Below are positions 48,801-57,007 of a stretch of DNA of 64,000 bases, one piece after another. Within the stretch, counting starts at the first letter, position 1, and each line of letters begins with the position of its first letter. This stretch comes from an uncultured Gammaproteobacteria bacterium. GTDB lineage: Bacteria; Patescibacteriota; Microgenomatia; Daviesbacterales; UBA10151. The notes under the pieces are model-generated. The model worked only from the letters and a program-made list of their open reading frames with translations. It was not told the DNA's origin and ran no database searches. Location of the stretch: positions 20,164-84,163 of the forward strand of contig CAYUPO010000004.1 in NCBI GenBank assembly GCA_964446685.1, written 5' to 3'. A program made the translations under genes and the position numbers.

Positions 48801-49161
48801 TATTAAAAATAAGCGACCTAATAGTTACGGCTAAATCATCTTTATTAAACTTTGGTGCAGATGTATTTGTTTTTCCAATAAAAACAATTCGGTCAAGAGT
48901 ACTATCGTAATAAGCTCCAGTATACTCTGACATATTTGCCAAAAATGTAGCCGCTTGGTTTAATGCAACTCCTCCCGGTCTGACACCTGGAGCACCAACT
49001 GCTCCCCCTACTCCTCCACATGACTGAGCATTTACTGAAGAAGGACTTATTGAAAGCAACAAGTAATTTGAAATTGAAGTTAAAGTCAGAACCAATATCA
49101 AGGAAAGTGAAATAGTAGAATTAAAAACTTTGCTTAATTTACTGCTTTTTTTATTTATCAT
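42889..49161 (-). CDS. Rhs/YD-repeat polymorphic toxin (2090 aa): signal peptide, YD repeats, four tandem PA14 domains, Rhs core with DPSGL, variable C-terminal toxin domain
   Basis: Many YxYDxxGN(L/R) repeats; four ~135-aa repeats (F(T/S)GQYWN...DFxA(R/K)WTKTxN...GDDGxRLxxDG...); core end ARYYDPATGGFISKDPVEGILTNPQTQNGYNFANGDPVNLSDPSGL, then a ~150-aa Gly-rich tail. Confidence 0.9.
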   Translation of the reverse strand: MINKKSSKLSKVFNSTISLSLILVLTLTSISNYLLLSISPSSVNAQSCGGVGGAVGAPGVRPGGVALNQAATFLANMSEYTGAYYDSTLDRIVFIGKTNTSAPKFNKDDLAVTIRSLIFNNAIPFVSLETQVNDTNRTQPMQVIFSDGLEDTKFGQTILDADYKMKQYSQGYNADGSVLVSTVAGYKSFWQRYQENGITSGSPGSRWWITPKLVSLKKDDVSKSFIFDQVKMQILTEPTSAANSPQWNNAAIAFAQQQTDLYDEFAKESPSYLQTKQLSQIVGVIKWIKDAGIANNFEWAKNYQPNYNPTARTKPRLYTPWVTQGNTDTQISGGADFSTANTYIADSGMASTLKSASQSQSVNKEDVHWTFVSNGQTYDSVAVEAEAFRSVGSYSTAVSDFSTSVSNDLSLQLNRAYNSYSSAQNSIGNGWDLFPASLTQTYWGWDEKLGCPNEGYGYRKVALTFQDGKRETFEYRYCGGEYTALDPAFHTKFFIKPDGSYFARTIDQTEYIFDASLKLTQIKDKNGNKISYYYDGNSKLTQIKDDNNHYLNLAYNATTGLVNIITDWAGRVTTYGYDSLGNLTSVNDPKGSATKYAYDSNNRLLTITNRLNQLVLTNTYNADGRLLTQKDANGKIVTYAYDNTTNTVTSSDNQGRVGKTIFDNKVRVLKEQDALNNAQEYTYGTEFAPLTVKDKKGNISTFNYDANGNVVSKKDPAGVSVNFEYDVKNNVTKTTDQRYSGNKITSYSYDQAGNLVQTTEGSKVTKYSYNPKGQLIGVTDPLNKTAAYTRDSLNNILTSVDPQSNITTYTYDTLGRLTLVKDPDNKTTAFTYDNNNNLLTSVTSLGTTTNVFNAENKLIRITEPNNSSTQLSYNANQSLNSVTDALSGVTNYGYDQYQNITSKQDALNRTTQFAYDKLNQRTQSTTPLGKVMKWEYDQVGNISKRIDSNNQTTTYEYDSLNRLKKINYPNTTNISYTYDNRGNLLTMIDPSGTTTYTYDVFDRLISAKDSNNAMVQYEYDMANNLTKITYPDSRSVSYNYDGSGRLLNINDWNGGQTNYQYNKNSTLSSRTYPNGIKTNYQYDNANKITEVSHLQGNIALAKFNYTRNNLGNITAVTENSLLDATVIPTSLSTPPPSGVFELKDFSAQYWNTAGGGSPAIPSTSAQLSRTDNTVNFNWAGGTPGSPINTDNFVARWTKTANFAAGNYSFKVTGDDGFRLFIDGQQVINKWVDQGTTSETIEKNLTAGNHTVIMEYYENGGDAVAKLEVTQLEATITGFTGQYWNVPAGSNPVIPTTTPNLTRTDTTVNFDWGGNSPAAGINVDNFVARWTKTTNLTAGNYQFSVTGDDGVRLFIDGEKVIDKWVDQGPTTYSINKNLAAGNHTIIMEYYENAWGALAKLDISQISTTSTMTNFTGQYWNLGSGTSFTIPSTTPQLTRTDSTINFDWQGNSPEPLIDTDRFMAKWTKTANLSAGVYQFKVTADDGVRLYVDGERIIDKWINQGPTTYTADKSLTSGNHTVVMEYYEDGWGAVAKFDMTQLSGADSGFSGQYWNVATDSGFVFPNTAPTFSRNDANINFNWDGSSPDPSLTSDYFVARWTKAQNFAAGMYQFKATGDDGVRLFIDGEKVLDGWRGQSPTTYSVYKNLTAGTHNIVMEYFEWGGGAQVKLEYNQVTSPENTQTTFAYDNLMRLITATYPNNNSFGYTYDKVGNRLTSTKQGQQINYAYNNDNQLTTQGSTIYAYDNNGNRTNSTTAGNGKSFGYNFENKLISFNNPATGENAGYVYDGKGNRIAEKAGATTVLKYVNDNSGDLSKVLYTVDVNNNSSSYIYGVGLVSEGKDGYSDRKYYLEDGLGNTRFVVGAGGSNIQAYTYDAFGNSLTGGPAANFQYKGEDLDDKTNLYFMRARYYDPATGGFISKDPVEGILTNPQTQNGYNFANGDPVNLSDPSGLAVNGICFSCSAGAGGYVSTQRCIGVGDNWQVGATKSVSFGANPNIALGGDITWLNSKSASKMSDLHGMSVVSGGSIDLPFPVRVGVTGQGNFDPITKQLNQTNMGISGGIGALPVDVKPAGIEYTSKYTFLEAVKDALFVLF

Positions 49162-49864
49162 TTTTTAATCCAACTTCCTGAGCAGATGCAGATGAACTAG
49201 ACACTGCTGTATTTTTTTCTTTAGTTGGAGACGATGCTTCTTTATCTTTTACTTTTAGTGATGTTAATGATTCCTTTTTTTGTGATTTTTTAATCTTCTT
49301 AACCTTCTTGGGGCTTTCAGCCATCTTTTTCTGTTTATTATCTTCTAAAGTTCCCTGGGAAGAGAGTTCGTCATTTACAGTTTTTTTGACTGATAAATTA
49401 TCTTCTTCTTCAATAAAATTTAATTTTGCATCAAAACTTATCACTTGCTTTGAATTTGGTAGAACATATATATTAGGAAGTTCTAAAGTTGTGTTATCAA
49501 TTCCAGTTACTCCCTGAACATTGTGAATAAAATGAATAGCATCTCGTCTGATATTAGTTTTGAGTTTAGAAAAAGGATAAGGCTTATCAGTGCCATTGGA
49601 AAGAACAAATGAAAAACGAACTGTATCCCCACCATCCATCTCACCATTATTATTTAAATCACCCTTTTCAGTTAGCTGAATATCTGAAGTTATTTCTATT
49701 TTAGAATCATCAACTCCTTTTGGAGTCTTTTCACTTCCTAAAAGTTTTTTTCCAGATTCTATAAGATCATCAAAGGTAAGAGCTTGAGCAATTGAGGCAG
49801 AGAAAGACAGGAAAACAAGAAGTGCTAGGATAAGAACTATTTTTAAATTTTTAAATTTGCCCAT
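49151..49864 (-). CDS. secreted hypothetical protein with Lys-rich C-terminus
   Basis: Signal peptide MGKFKNLKIVLILALLVFLSFSASIAQA; overlaps the rhs start by 11 bp. Confidence 0.5.
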   Translation of the reverse strand: MGKFKNLKIVLILALLVFLSFSASIAQALTFDDLIESGKKLLGSEKTPKGVDDSKIEITSDIQLTEKGDLNNNGEMDGGDTVRFSFVLSNGTDKPYPFSKLKTNIRRDAIHFIHNVQGVTGIDNTTLELPNIYVLPNSKQVISFDAKLNFIEEEDNLSVKKTVNDELSSQGTLEDNKQKKMAESPKKVKKIKKSQKKESLTSLKVKDKEASSPTKEKNTAVSSSSASAQEVGLKNDK

Positions 49865-49914
49865 TAAGATTTTATGGTTCAGTGAATAATAACAAAGTTG
49901 ATTTAATTGTCAAT

Positions 49915-49949
49915 ACATCATAAAAACCACGGGCTTTCGCTCCGTGGTT
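49915..49949 (-). terminator. hairpin terminator (bidirectional) after the 49997..50305 gene
   Basis: aaccacgg-gctttcgct-ccgtggtt flanked by A/T runs on both sides. Confidence 0.5.
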
Positions 49950-49996
49950 TCATTTTTTCTGTCTGAAGTCCGTCCTCATCAAACAAATTTTATTTT

Positions 49997-50305
49997 TTAT
50001 TTAGAAACTATTTTTTTAACTTCCTCAGTTGTCTCCTCAGCTTTTCCTTCTAGTTGAGCTGTTGCTTCATCTTTCATGCTAGCAGCATATTCTTTGGCTT
50101 TTTCACCAACAGCTTTTGCAACTTCATGAGCTTTCTGATTTATTTTTTCATCTTTCATTGCCATTGCTCCGGCAACTCCCAGACCTGCTCCGACTATTGC
50201 ACCGGCAACACCAGCCACAACAGGATTAATATCAGAATGATCATTTTTAGCAGAATTTTTTTGTCCCTGTTTATTATGATTTTGTGTATTTGAATTATTT
50301 TGCAT
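49997..50305 (-). CDS. small glycine-zipper protein with Lys/Glu-rich tail (stress-protein-like)
   Basis: VVAGVAGAIVGAGLGVAGAMA segment followed by a KAxE-rich region; 102 aa. Confidence 0.4.
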   Translation of the reverse strand: MQNNSNTQNHNKQGQKNSAKNDHSDINPVVAGVAGAIVGAGLGVAGAMAMKDEKINQKAHEVAKAVGEKAKEYAASMKDEATAQLEGKAEETTEEVKKIVSK

Positions 50306-50391
50306 CTTTCTCCTCCTTCCTTTAGTAAAAATATTGTAGGGTTACAAAGTATGAAGAAGACATTAACAATGATAGAGTTATGTAAAGTTGA

Positions 50392-51024
50392 TTAGCTGAT
50401 ACTAATTCTATTTCTAGCAAAGATAGAACCAAGCCAGGTATGCGGATTACCATCCCAGCACCAACCTAACTTAGCCTGGTTTGCACTGATCCAAAATGCC
50501 GGCACTCTTTGGTCTCCAGAGCGTGATGCCAGTAGGGAAAAACATTTATTTTTTTCTAAAATTTCCGGAAAATGTGTCATTACCGCAATCCCTTCATCGA
50601 TTGTTAAAGGAGTATTTTCATTTTTTAAAATTTCAATTAAAGCATCCTGCGGACGGATATTTAAATACTGCTCCCCTCTATTGATATTAGTTAATAAATA
50701 TATTTCCCCCGGAATACTGACTTTATCTGATGGAATAAATTTTTCAATATCTACTGGAAATAAATTTAAAATCGGACTTTTTCCTTTGTACTCAATTTTA
50801 TCCAGTCTCTCTTTTACATCAATTAAACTATTTGTCACCACTATCACAAAAGGAATCAATCCTTTCTCCAGATCATATTCAGTATTTTGTAATTGACCAA
50901 GTTTATCTTTTAACTGCTCAAATTTATTTATAAACTGGTTTTGATTTAATCCGGCTAACTTCGGGTAACCTTTACTAATTAAGTTATTTATCTGTCTGTC
51001 AAATTCTTTATTTAATTCTTCCAT
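50392..51024 (-). CDS. hypothetical protein
   Basis: 210-aa ORF with no recognised motif. Confidence 0.4.
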   Translation of the reverse strand: MEELNKEFDRQINNLISKGYPKLAGLNQNQFINKFEQLKDKLGQLQNTEYDLEKGLIPFVIVVTNSLIDVKERLDKIEYKGKSPILNLFPVDIEKFIPSDKVSIPGEIYLLTNINRGEQYLNIRPQDALIEILKNENTPLTIDEGIAVMTHFPEILEKNKCFSLLASRSGDQRVPAFWISANQAKLGWCWDGNPHTWLGSIFARNRISIS

Positions 51025-51037
51025 TTTTATTTCCCTT

Positions 51038-51613
51038 TTAAAAAGACCTCGCAGCTATAACGATCAGAAATATCCCTGCCACATCAAGTAAATAAAGCAG
51101 TCCCAGTAACTGCCAGGTTTTCATCCGGGATACTCCCATTAACCCCAGTCCAACTTCATCAGGAAAAGGAGACATTATCACTACAGCTCCTAATATTGGA
51201 ATAATCCAAGCAAAATAAGGAGTTTTAAACAATTTTTTCAATGCTTTACCACCATGTTCCATATATAATGGCTTTAACTCTTCAAAAACTTTGTCTTTTA
51301 AATACCTCAGTATCAGATAATCTCCTACCATTCCTCCTGTACCCGCAGCTAGTGCCACACCCAAAGGATTCAGAGTATCAGCCAACTGAAACAACATCAC
51401 TGAAGCCGGAGCAACCGTAAAGATAGACACAAATAATATTCCAACAAAAAAAGCTCCCAGGTAACCAAAATTACCAATAAACTGAATAATGTTTTTTATA
51501 AACGGAGTCTCAGCAAAGAACAAAAAAACCACCACGCTGATAATTAAAAGAAAGGTGTTTTTAAATTTCCAGTGGCGCCATCTGGCGGCCAGCTCCTGTA
51601 TCTCTTCACCCAT
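51038..51613 (-). CDS. hypothetical polytopic membrane protein
   Basis: 191 aa with 4-5 transmembrane helices. Confidence 0.4.
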   Translation of the reverse strand: MGEEIQELAARWRHWKFKNTFLLIISVVVFLFFAETPFIKNIIQFIGNFGYLGAFFVGILFVSIFTVAPASVMLFQLADTLNPLGVALAAGTGGMVGDYLILRYLKDKVFEELKPLYMEHGGKALKKLFKTPYFAWIIPILGAVVIMSPFPDEVGLGLMGVSRMKTWQLLGLLYLLDVAGIFLIVIAARSF

Positions 51614-51660
51614 ATACTAACTTTAACATACCAATTACCAGCATGATATTCTATAATCAT

Positions 51661-52614
51661 GCCTGTATGTCAAATACTTCAGCTTTGCCTAAACCATTTT
51701 TAGATCGTCTTAACTCTCTTTTCGACAGTAAAACCGTTGAACTGATTTTGAAAGGTTATTCCCAACAAAGACCGACCACTTTCCGAACTAATACTTTAAA
51801 AATAACATCTGAAGATTTAGTTGCTGAACTGGAAAAACTTGATATCAAGTGTCAAAAGATCAGCTGGCTAAAAGATGGATTCGAATTAAAAACTGATAAA
51901 AAAACTTTAATTGCAACCCCGCTATATGCTGAAGGATCTCTCTATATCCAAAGTCTGACCAGTATGCTGCCACCACTTATTTTAGATCCACTGACAAATG
52001 AAAAAGTTTTAGATCTGACAGCTGCTCCTGGAAGTAAAACATCTCAATTGGCGGCTTTAATGAATAATACTGGAAAAATATTAGCCAATGACCGCCACCT
52101 GATCCGTCTGGAAAAATTAAAATACAACTTAAAAAAACAGGGTGTCACAAATACTGAGGTTAAATCTCTACAGGGTCAGGAAGTGGGAAAAAGATATCCA
52201 AATACTTTTGACAAAACGCTCCTTGATGCTCCTTGTAGTCTGGAAGGAACTTTTAGTATTCATAATCCAAAAAGTTATCAAAACTGGTCTGAGGACCTGA
52301 TCCAGGCTTTAAGCCTTAGACAAAAAGATTTGCTTTACTCCGCATATTTGGCTACTAAACCAGGTGGAACAATTGTCTACTCAACCTGTACTCTTTCACC
52401 AGAGGAAAATGAGGAAGTAGTTGATTGGTTACTCACTAAAACAGCTGGAAAAACTAAACTGGAAACAATTATTTTACCCATACCTCAATCAGTTCCTGGA
52501 TTTGATAAGTCAGCTAAGAATATTTTTGACACATCCTTAACCAATACCCTCCGGGTTTTCCCATCAGAGTTGATGGAAGGATTCTATCTAGCCAAAATTA
52601 AGAAAATAGCATAG
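51661..52614 (+). CDS. RsmB/NOP2/Sun-family RNA cytosine-C5 methyltransferase
   Basis: SAM motif DLTAAPGSKT and catalytic LLDAPCSLEG ... STCTLSPEENE. The ORF begins at 51643, but the likely start is MSNTSALP. Confidence 0.8.
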   Translation, partial: ACMSNTSALPKPFLDRLNSLFDSKTVELILKGYSQQRPTTFRTNTLKITSEDLVAELEKLDIKCQKISWLKDGFELKTDKKTLIATPLYAEGSLYIQSLTSMLPPLILDPLTNEKVLDLTAAPGSKTSQLAALMNNTGKILANDRHLIRLEKLKYNLKKQGVTNTEVKSLQGQEVGKRYPNTFDKTLLDAPCSLEGTFSIHNPKSYQNWSEDLIQALSLRQKDLLYSAYLATKPGGTIVYSTCTLSPEENEEVVDWLLTKTAGKTKLETIILPIPQSVPGFDKSAKNIFDTSLTNTLRVFPSELMEGFYLAKIKKIA

Positions 52615-52700
52615 TATATTCGTAACACGATACACACAACACGAAACACCAACACAATTTATTCGTATTGCTTATTGCGTATCACTTTTCACTAACAAAT

Positions 52701-53021
52701 ATGGATTTTACAAAGAAAAAATGTGTTCCCTGTGAAACAGGTGAAGGCAAACTGACAATCGATAAAATAAAAGAATTTATGCCGGCAGTCGAAGGCTGGC
52801 TTTTAGCTGGCGATAATCTGGTTAAAGAATTTAAATTTAATAACTTCAGAGAATCAATCAAATTTATCAACCAGGTAGCTGATCTGGCCGAAGAAGAAGG
52901 CCACCATCCGGACATCATCTGTTTTTACGACAAAGTTCGCCTTCAACTAACAACTCACGCCGCCCACGGCCTAACAGAAAACGATTTCATAATGGGAGCG
53001 AAGATTAACAATCTGAGCTAA
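52701..53021 (+). CDS. pterin-4a-carbinolamine dehydratase (PCD/DCoH)
   Basis: EEGHHPDI ... THAAHGLTENDF signature. The likely start is MDFTKKKC, within ORF 52668..53021. Confidence 0.85.
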   Translation: MDFTKKKCVPCETGEGKLTIDKIKEFMPAVEGWLLAGDNLVKEFKFNNFRESIKFINQVADLAEEEGHHPDIICFYDKVRLQLTTHAAHGLTENDFIMGAKINNLS

Positions 53022-53091
53022 CATTTCAAGCTCTGCTTATCTTAGCCGCCAAAATTAACAATTTTTAAATAAAGGGCTAAGAGAGCTTTGC

Positions 53092-53117
53092 TCATAATGG
53101 GAGCGAAGATTAACAAT
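53092..53117. repeat. 26-bp direct repeat of the PCD gene 3' end
   Basis: TCATAATGGGAGCGAAGATTAACAAT occurs at 52987-53012 (inside the CDS) and again here. Confidence 0.7.
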
Positions 53118-53329
53118 TTATAAATTATTCCACTTGTCATGCTGAACTAGTTTCAGCATCTACCCAAAATTGTAGTTCTCCACTTCGGTCGAACAATAAA
53201 ATCATTTTTGTTACTGCCTCTTAAATAAACCTAAAAAAATATTTTTCGAGTGATTAGCGAGAAATTACCTAAAATTATATTTATTTGAAATTTCTCACGT
53301 AAATTCTTATTTAATTCGTTCGAAAAATA

Positions 53330-54805
53330 TTAATATTTCGGTTCCTGAGGCGGATTAGCAATAAAATCTTTAGCTTTTTCTATTCTTTCCAATGACTTAT
53401 TCTCCCCCAAGATTTTCATACTTTCAAAAAGCGGTGGTGACACCAGCTGTCCTGAAACAGCAGCCCTGAGCAACTGGAAGAAATCCCTATTGTGTATTTC
53501 TAAACTTTTGGCCAAATCCTGAAGCGATGTTTCAAACTGTTCTTTTTCCCAACTTTCTCCTAAACCATCCAACACACTTTTTATTTTTTCTAGGACACTA
53601 ACTTTGTCTTCAATTTTTATTTTATTAAACACTGACATATCATACTCAGGTTCTGCATAAAGAAAATCTGTCAGTGGTATAAAGTCAGACAATTTTTTAA
53701 TTCGTTCTTTTATTAGTGGAACAACTGGAGCTATCAAATCCTTTTTTGGATGATCTACCAGATAATCCTGCAGTCTTTGTGTCAGATCCTGATCAGACAT
53801 CTGTCTGATATATTCCCCATTCATCCATTCCAGTTTTTGCAGATCAAACTTAACTCCATTTGATCTGATTTCTGTTTTAAAAGGTTCAAGATCAAATGCC
53901 TGAGCAAAATCCATTAAAGGAAAAATCTCTTTTCCTTCAGGATGGTTCCAGACAATATTTGCCAGATAATTTAATACAGCTTCCGGTAAAAAACCTTCTT
54001 TCTGATAGTACTCAACTGAAGTGTGGCCATGCCTTTTTGACAACTTTCCTCCACCTTCACTGTTTAAAAGAAGTGGAATATGCATAAATATCGGCATTGA
54101 GTCTTTCCAACCAAAATATTCATACAGCAGCTGATGTTTTGGAAATGAAGATATCCATTCAGTACCACGGATAACATGGGAAATTTTCATTAAATGATCA
54201 TCCACCACAACAGCCAAATGGTAAGTTGGATAACCATCAGCTTTTAAAATCACCTGGTCATCAATCTCTTTACTGTCAAATTCGATAGTACCGGTGATAG
54301 CATCAGCAACAATAATCTTAGTATTTTCCGGGATTTTCATTCGGACCACAAAAGGCAGTTCTTTTTTTAGGTTATCTTGGACTTGTTCATCACTCAGCAA
54401 TAAACAAGTTCGGTCATATCTGGGAGCTTGATGATTTTTTTCCTGCTGCTTTCTCATCTCATCTAAACGTTCTTTTGTACAAAAACACCGGTAGGCATGA
54501 CCTTTTTCCAATAGTAAGTCAGCATGTTTTTGGTATATTTCCAGTCTTTCAGATTGCCGATATGGGCCGACCTCACCAACTTCACGCGGTCCTTCATCAG
54601 GCAACAAACCTGACCACTTTAAACTGTTATAGATAACATCTTCAGCACCTTCGACAAATCGACCTCTATCCGTATCTTCAATTCGCAGAATAAACTTACC
54701 ACCAGCTTTTTTGGCTATCACATAGTCAAACATCGCCTGGTAAACCAAGCCCAAATGCGGATAACCGGTCGGAGATGGTGCAACACGCACACGTACGTCA
54801 CTCAT
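53330..54805 (-). CDS. gltX: glutamate--tRNA ligase
   Basis: HIGH-type motif APSPTGYPHLG and KLSKRHG (KMSKS). The ORF extends to 54868, but the likely start is MSDVRVRV. Confidence 0.9.
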   Translation of the reverse strand: MSDVRVRVAPSPTGYPHLGLVYQAMFDYVIAKKAGGKFILRIEDTDRGRFVEGAEDVIYNSLKWSGLLPDEGPREVGEVGPYRQSERLEIYQKHADLLLEKGHAYRCFCTKERLDEMRKQQEKNHQAPRYDRTCLLLSDEQVQDNLKKELPFVVRMKIPENTKIIVADAITGTIEFDSKEIDDQVILKADGYPTYHLAVVVDDHLMKISHVIRGTEWISSFPKHQLLYEYFGWKDSMPIFMHIPLLLNSEGGGKLSKRHGHTSVEYYQKEGFLPEAVLNYLANIVWNHPEGKEIFPLMDFAQAFDLEPFKTEIRSNGVKFDLQKLEWMNGEYIRQMSDQDLTQRLQDYLVDHPKKDLIAPVVPLIKERIKKLSDFIPLTDFLYAEPEYDMSVFNKIKIEDKVSVLEKIKSVLDGLGESWEKEQFETSLQDLAKSLEIHNRDFFQLLRAAVSGQLVSPPLFESMKILGENKSLERIEKAKDFIANPPQEPKY

Positions 54806-54861
54806 GCGGTTATTATAACATTGAATGTAATCCGTTATAATATAAAGAAGACCAACCTGCC

Positions 54862-55899
54862 ATGACACTCACTGAAACAGCTCTGTTAACTAAAAAAGCC
54901 CTCCTTTTCTCAGCAATTTTCTCTGTTGTAGCTATTTTTGCCTGGGCAGGCTATCAGTATTGGTACTACCAGGTCTATCTACCTAGCCGGCCGGTGGTCG
55001 AAGAAAAACCAGACGAACTATTTGGCCCACTTCCCCGGCTTTTTATAAAGCAAAATGCAGCTGATTCTAAAGCATATAACTACAAATTAGATACTGACAC
55101 CGGTGGATTGCCTGATAAAATACCCAAACTATACAAAGTCTATTCAGTTGCCCAGCTAGCAACCGATCTTTTAGCTTTAGACAGAGCCAAAAGTCTGGCT
55201 GGACTGATCGGCTTTAACCGAGGGTCACAGGCTATCTCAGCCACTCAGTATAAATTCCTGGATCAAACAGGGGGTGAACTGACAATTAACCTCGATACCG
55301 GTAACTTTCATATGACCAGACCCATCGCCTCTGTCAGTGCTGAGATCAATGTTGAAACCAGAGAAAATTTCCAAAATTCAGACAAAGTTGCAGACGATTT
55401 CAAAAGTTATCTTTCAAATAAAAGTTTATTAAAAGATCAGCTTCGAAACGGTAAAACCAAAGTTTTGTATGATAGATCACAAGGAGACCCCAATAAAGCC
55501 ATTATCAATATCTGGCAGGAAGATGTCGATGAGACCCCATTGGTAACTCCCACATATAACGAAGCTTTGGTCAAAGGAATGGTCACAAATTTTAGAGATG
55601 AAGTCAGAAAATACGTTTACCTGGATTACACTTTTTGGCCAATTGATCTGAAAAATTCCAGTACTTACCCATTAAAAACCGGTGAAGAGGCCTATACAGA
55701 TCTGCAGAAAGGTAGTGCCATTGTGCCATTTTCACAGGCTAAGTCAGGCGGATTTGTCTCTATCACAAAAATTTATTTAGCCTATTTCCTCAGCGAAGAA
55801 TATTCACCATATCTTCAGCCGGTCTATGTCTTTGAAGGTCCAGAATTCATCGGCTACGTCCAAGCAGTCAAAGAAGCATCTATTGACCCAACTCAGTAG
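54862..55899 (+). CDS. hypothetical membrane-anchored protein
   Basis: 345 aa with an N-terminal transmembrane helix; divergent from gltX. Confidence 0.45.
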   Translation: MTLTETALLTKKALLFSAIFSVVAIFAWAGYQYWYYQVYLPSRPVVEEKPDELFGPLPRLFIKQNAADSKAYNYKLDTDTGGLPDKIPKLYKVYSVAQLATDLLALDRAKSLAGLIGFNRGSQAISATQYKFLDQTGGELTINLDTGNFHMTRPIASVSAEINVETRENFQNSDKVADDFKSYLSNKSLLKDQLRNGKTKVLYDRSQGDPNKAIINIWQEDVDETPLVTPTYNEALVKGMVTNFRDEVRKYVYLDYTFWPIDLKNSSTYPLKTGEEAYTDLQKGSAIVPFSQAKSGGFVSITKIYLAYFLSEEYSPYLQPVYVFEGPEFIGYVQAVKEASIDPTQ

Positions 55900-56040
55900 T
55901 AGTATAAAATTTCTAATTTCTAAATAACTATAAATATCTGGTTTAGATATTTGTTATTAAGACATTATTTAGAAATTAGAAATGAGGCAAGCCTCTTTCG
56001 AGCTTTGCTCAGAAATTAGAATAATTAGAAATTTGCGGCT
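55900..56040. repeat. TTAGAAATTAG-family palindromic repeat
   Basis: ttctaatttctaaataac ... ttatttagaaattagaaatgagg-hairpin-cagaaattagaataattagaaat. Confidence 0.5.
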
Positions 56041-56041
56041 T

Positions 56042-57007
56042 TTACTCACTTACTTCCCAGCTATAATTTTGCCAGATCCAGTCCATAATTTGTTTTGTTT
56101 CTCCAAAACGATCAGCACTGTTAAGCAGCACAATTAAAATCCGGTGGTTATCTTTTTCGACCAGTGTTACCAGATTTTCACCACTTAGCTCGGTTGTCCC
56201 TGTTTTAATACCAACAACCCCATCCTGACCAAGTAACTTGTTTAGGTTATAAAGCAGATGTTGTTGGGATTTATCATAAGAAATAACTGAAGTATTTTTA
56301 GTTGCTACTATTTTAGAAAGTAATGACTGCCTAGTAAATTCTTTAGCGATTTGAGCCATATCAAAGGCAGTCGTATAATGTTCATAGTTATCAAAACCAG
56401 CTGGATTCTGAAAATGAGTATTTTTTAAACCCATTTCTTCAGCCTCTAGATTCATCTGAGCAACAAAATTACTCAATCCCCCAGGATAATTATACGCCAG
56501 AGTATAGGCAGCATCATTCCCTGAATTTAAAAGCATTCCATAAAGCAAACTCCTAAATGTCATCTGTTCCCCGGATGAAAGTCCCATACTGGATCCACCG
56601 ACCAACGCAGCAGGTGGGACAATCAATACTTCTCCGGATTTAAACTGTTTTAAGGCCACAATGGCAGTCATAATTTTTGTAGTAGAAGCCATTGATAAAC
56701 GGTTATGAATATTTTTCTGATAAAGTGGCTGATCTAAATCCATATCAACGGCATAAACACCCAATGCTGATGCTGAAGGAGTTGCAATATCTTTTGACTT
56801 TACAGTAATAACAGGCGCTTTGCTAACTCCGGCAATTTCCGGCTCCATCACAGCGATTGGTGAAGGAATCTCATTTGATGCACTGATCTTACTCTCAGCT
56901 AAGCGGACAACCTGAGGTGTACTGATCAGGAAAAATAACACAGCGGTAAATGCTGCCAGACTGATCAAAAGAGGCAGATGTTTAAACAGATTTTTTATCT
57001 TTGCCAT
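56042..57007 (-). CDS. D-alanyl-D-alanine carboxypeptidase (second S11-family paralogue)
   Basis: SMASTTKIMT (SxxK), SGNDAA (SxN) and KTGTT (KTG) motifs. Confidence 0.85.
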   Translation of the reverse strand: MAKIKNLFKHLPLLISLAAFTAVLFFLISTPQVVRLAESKISASNEIPSPIAVMEPEIAGVSKAPVITVKSKDIATPSASALGVYAVDMDLDQPLYQKNIHNRLSMASTTKIMTAIVALKQFKSGEVLIVPPAALVGGSSMGLSSGEQMTFRSLLYGMLLNSGNDAAYTLAYNYPGGLSNFVAQMNLEAEEMGLKNTHFQNPAGFDNYEHYTTAFDMAQIAKEFTRQSLLSKIVATKNTSVISYDKSQQHLLYNLNKLLGQDGVVGIKTGTTELSGENLVTLVEKDNHRILIVLLNSADRFGETKQIMDWIWQNYSWEVSE

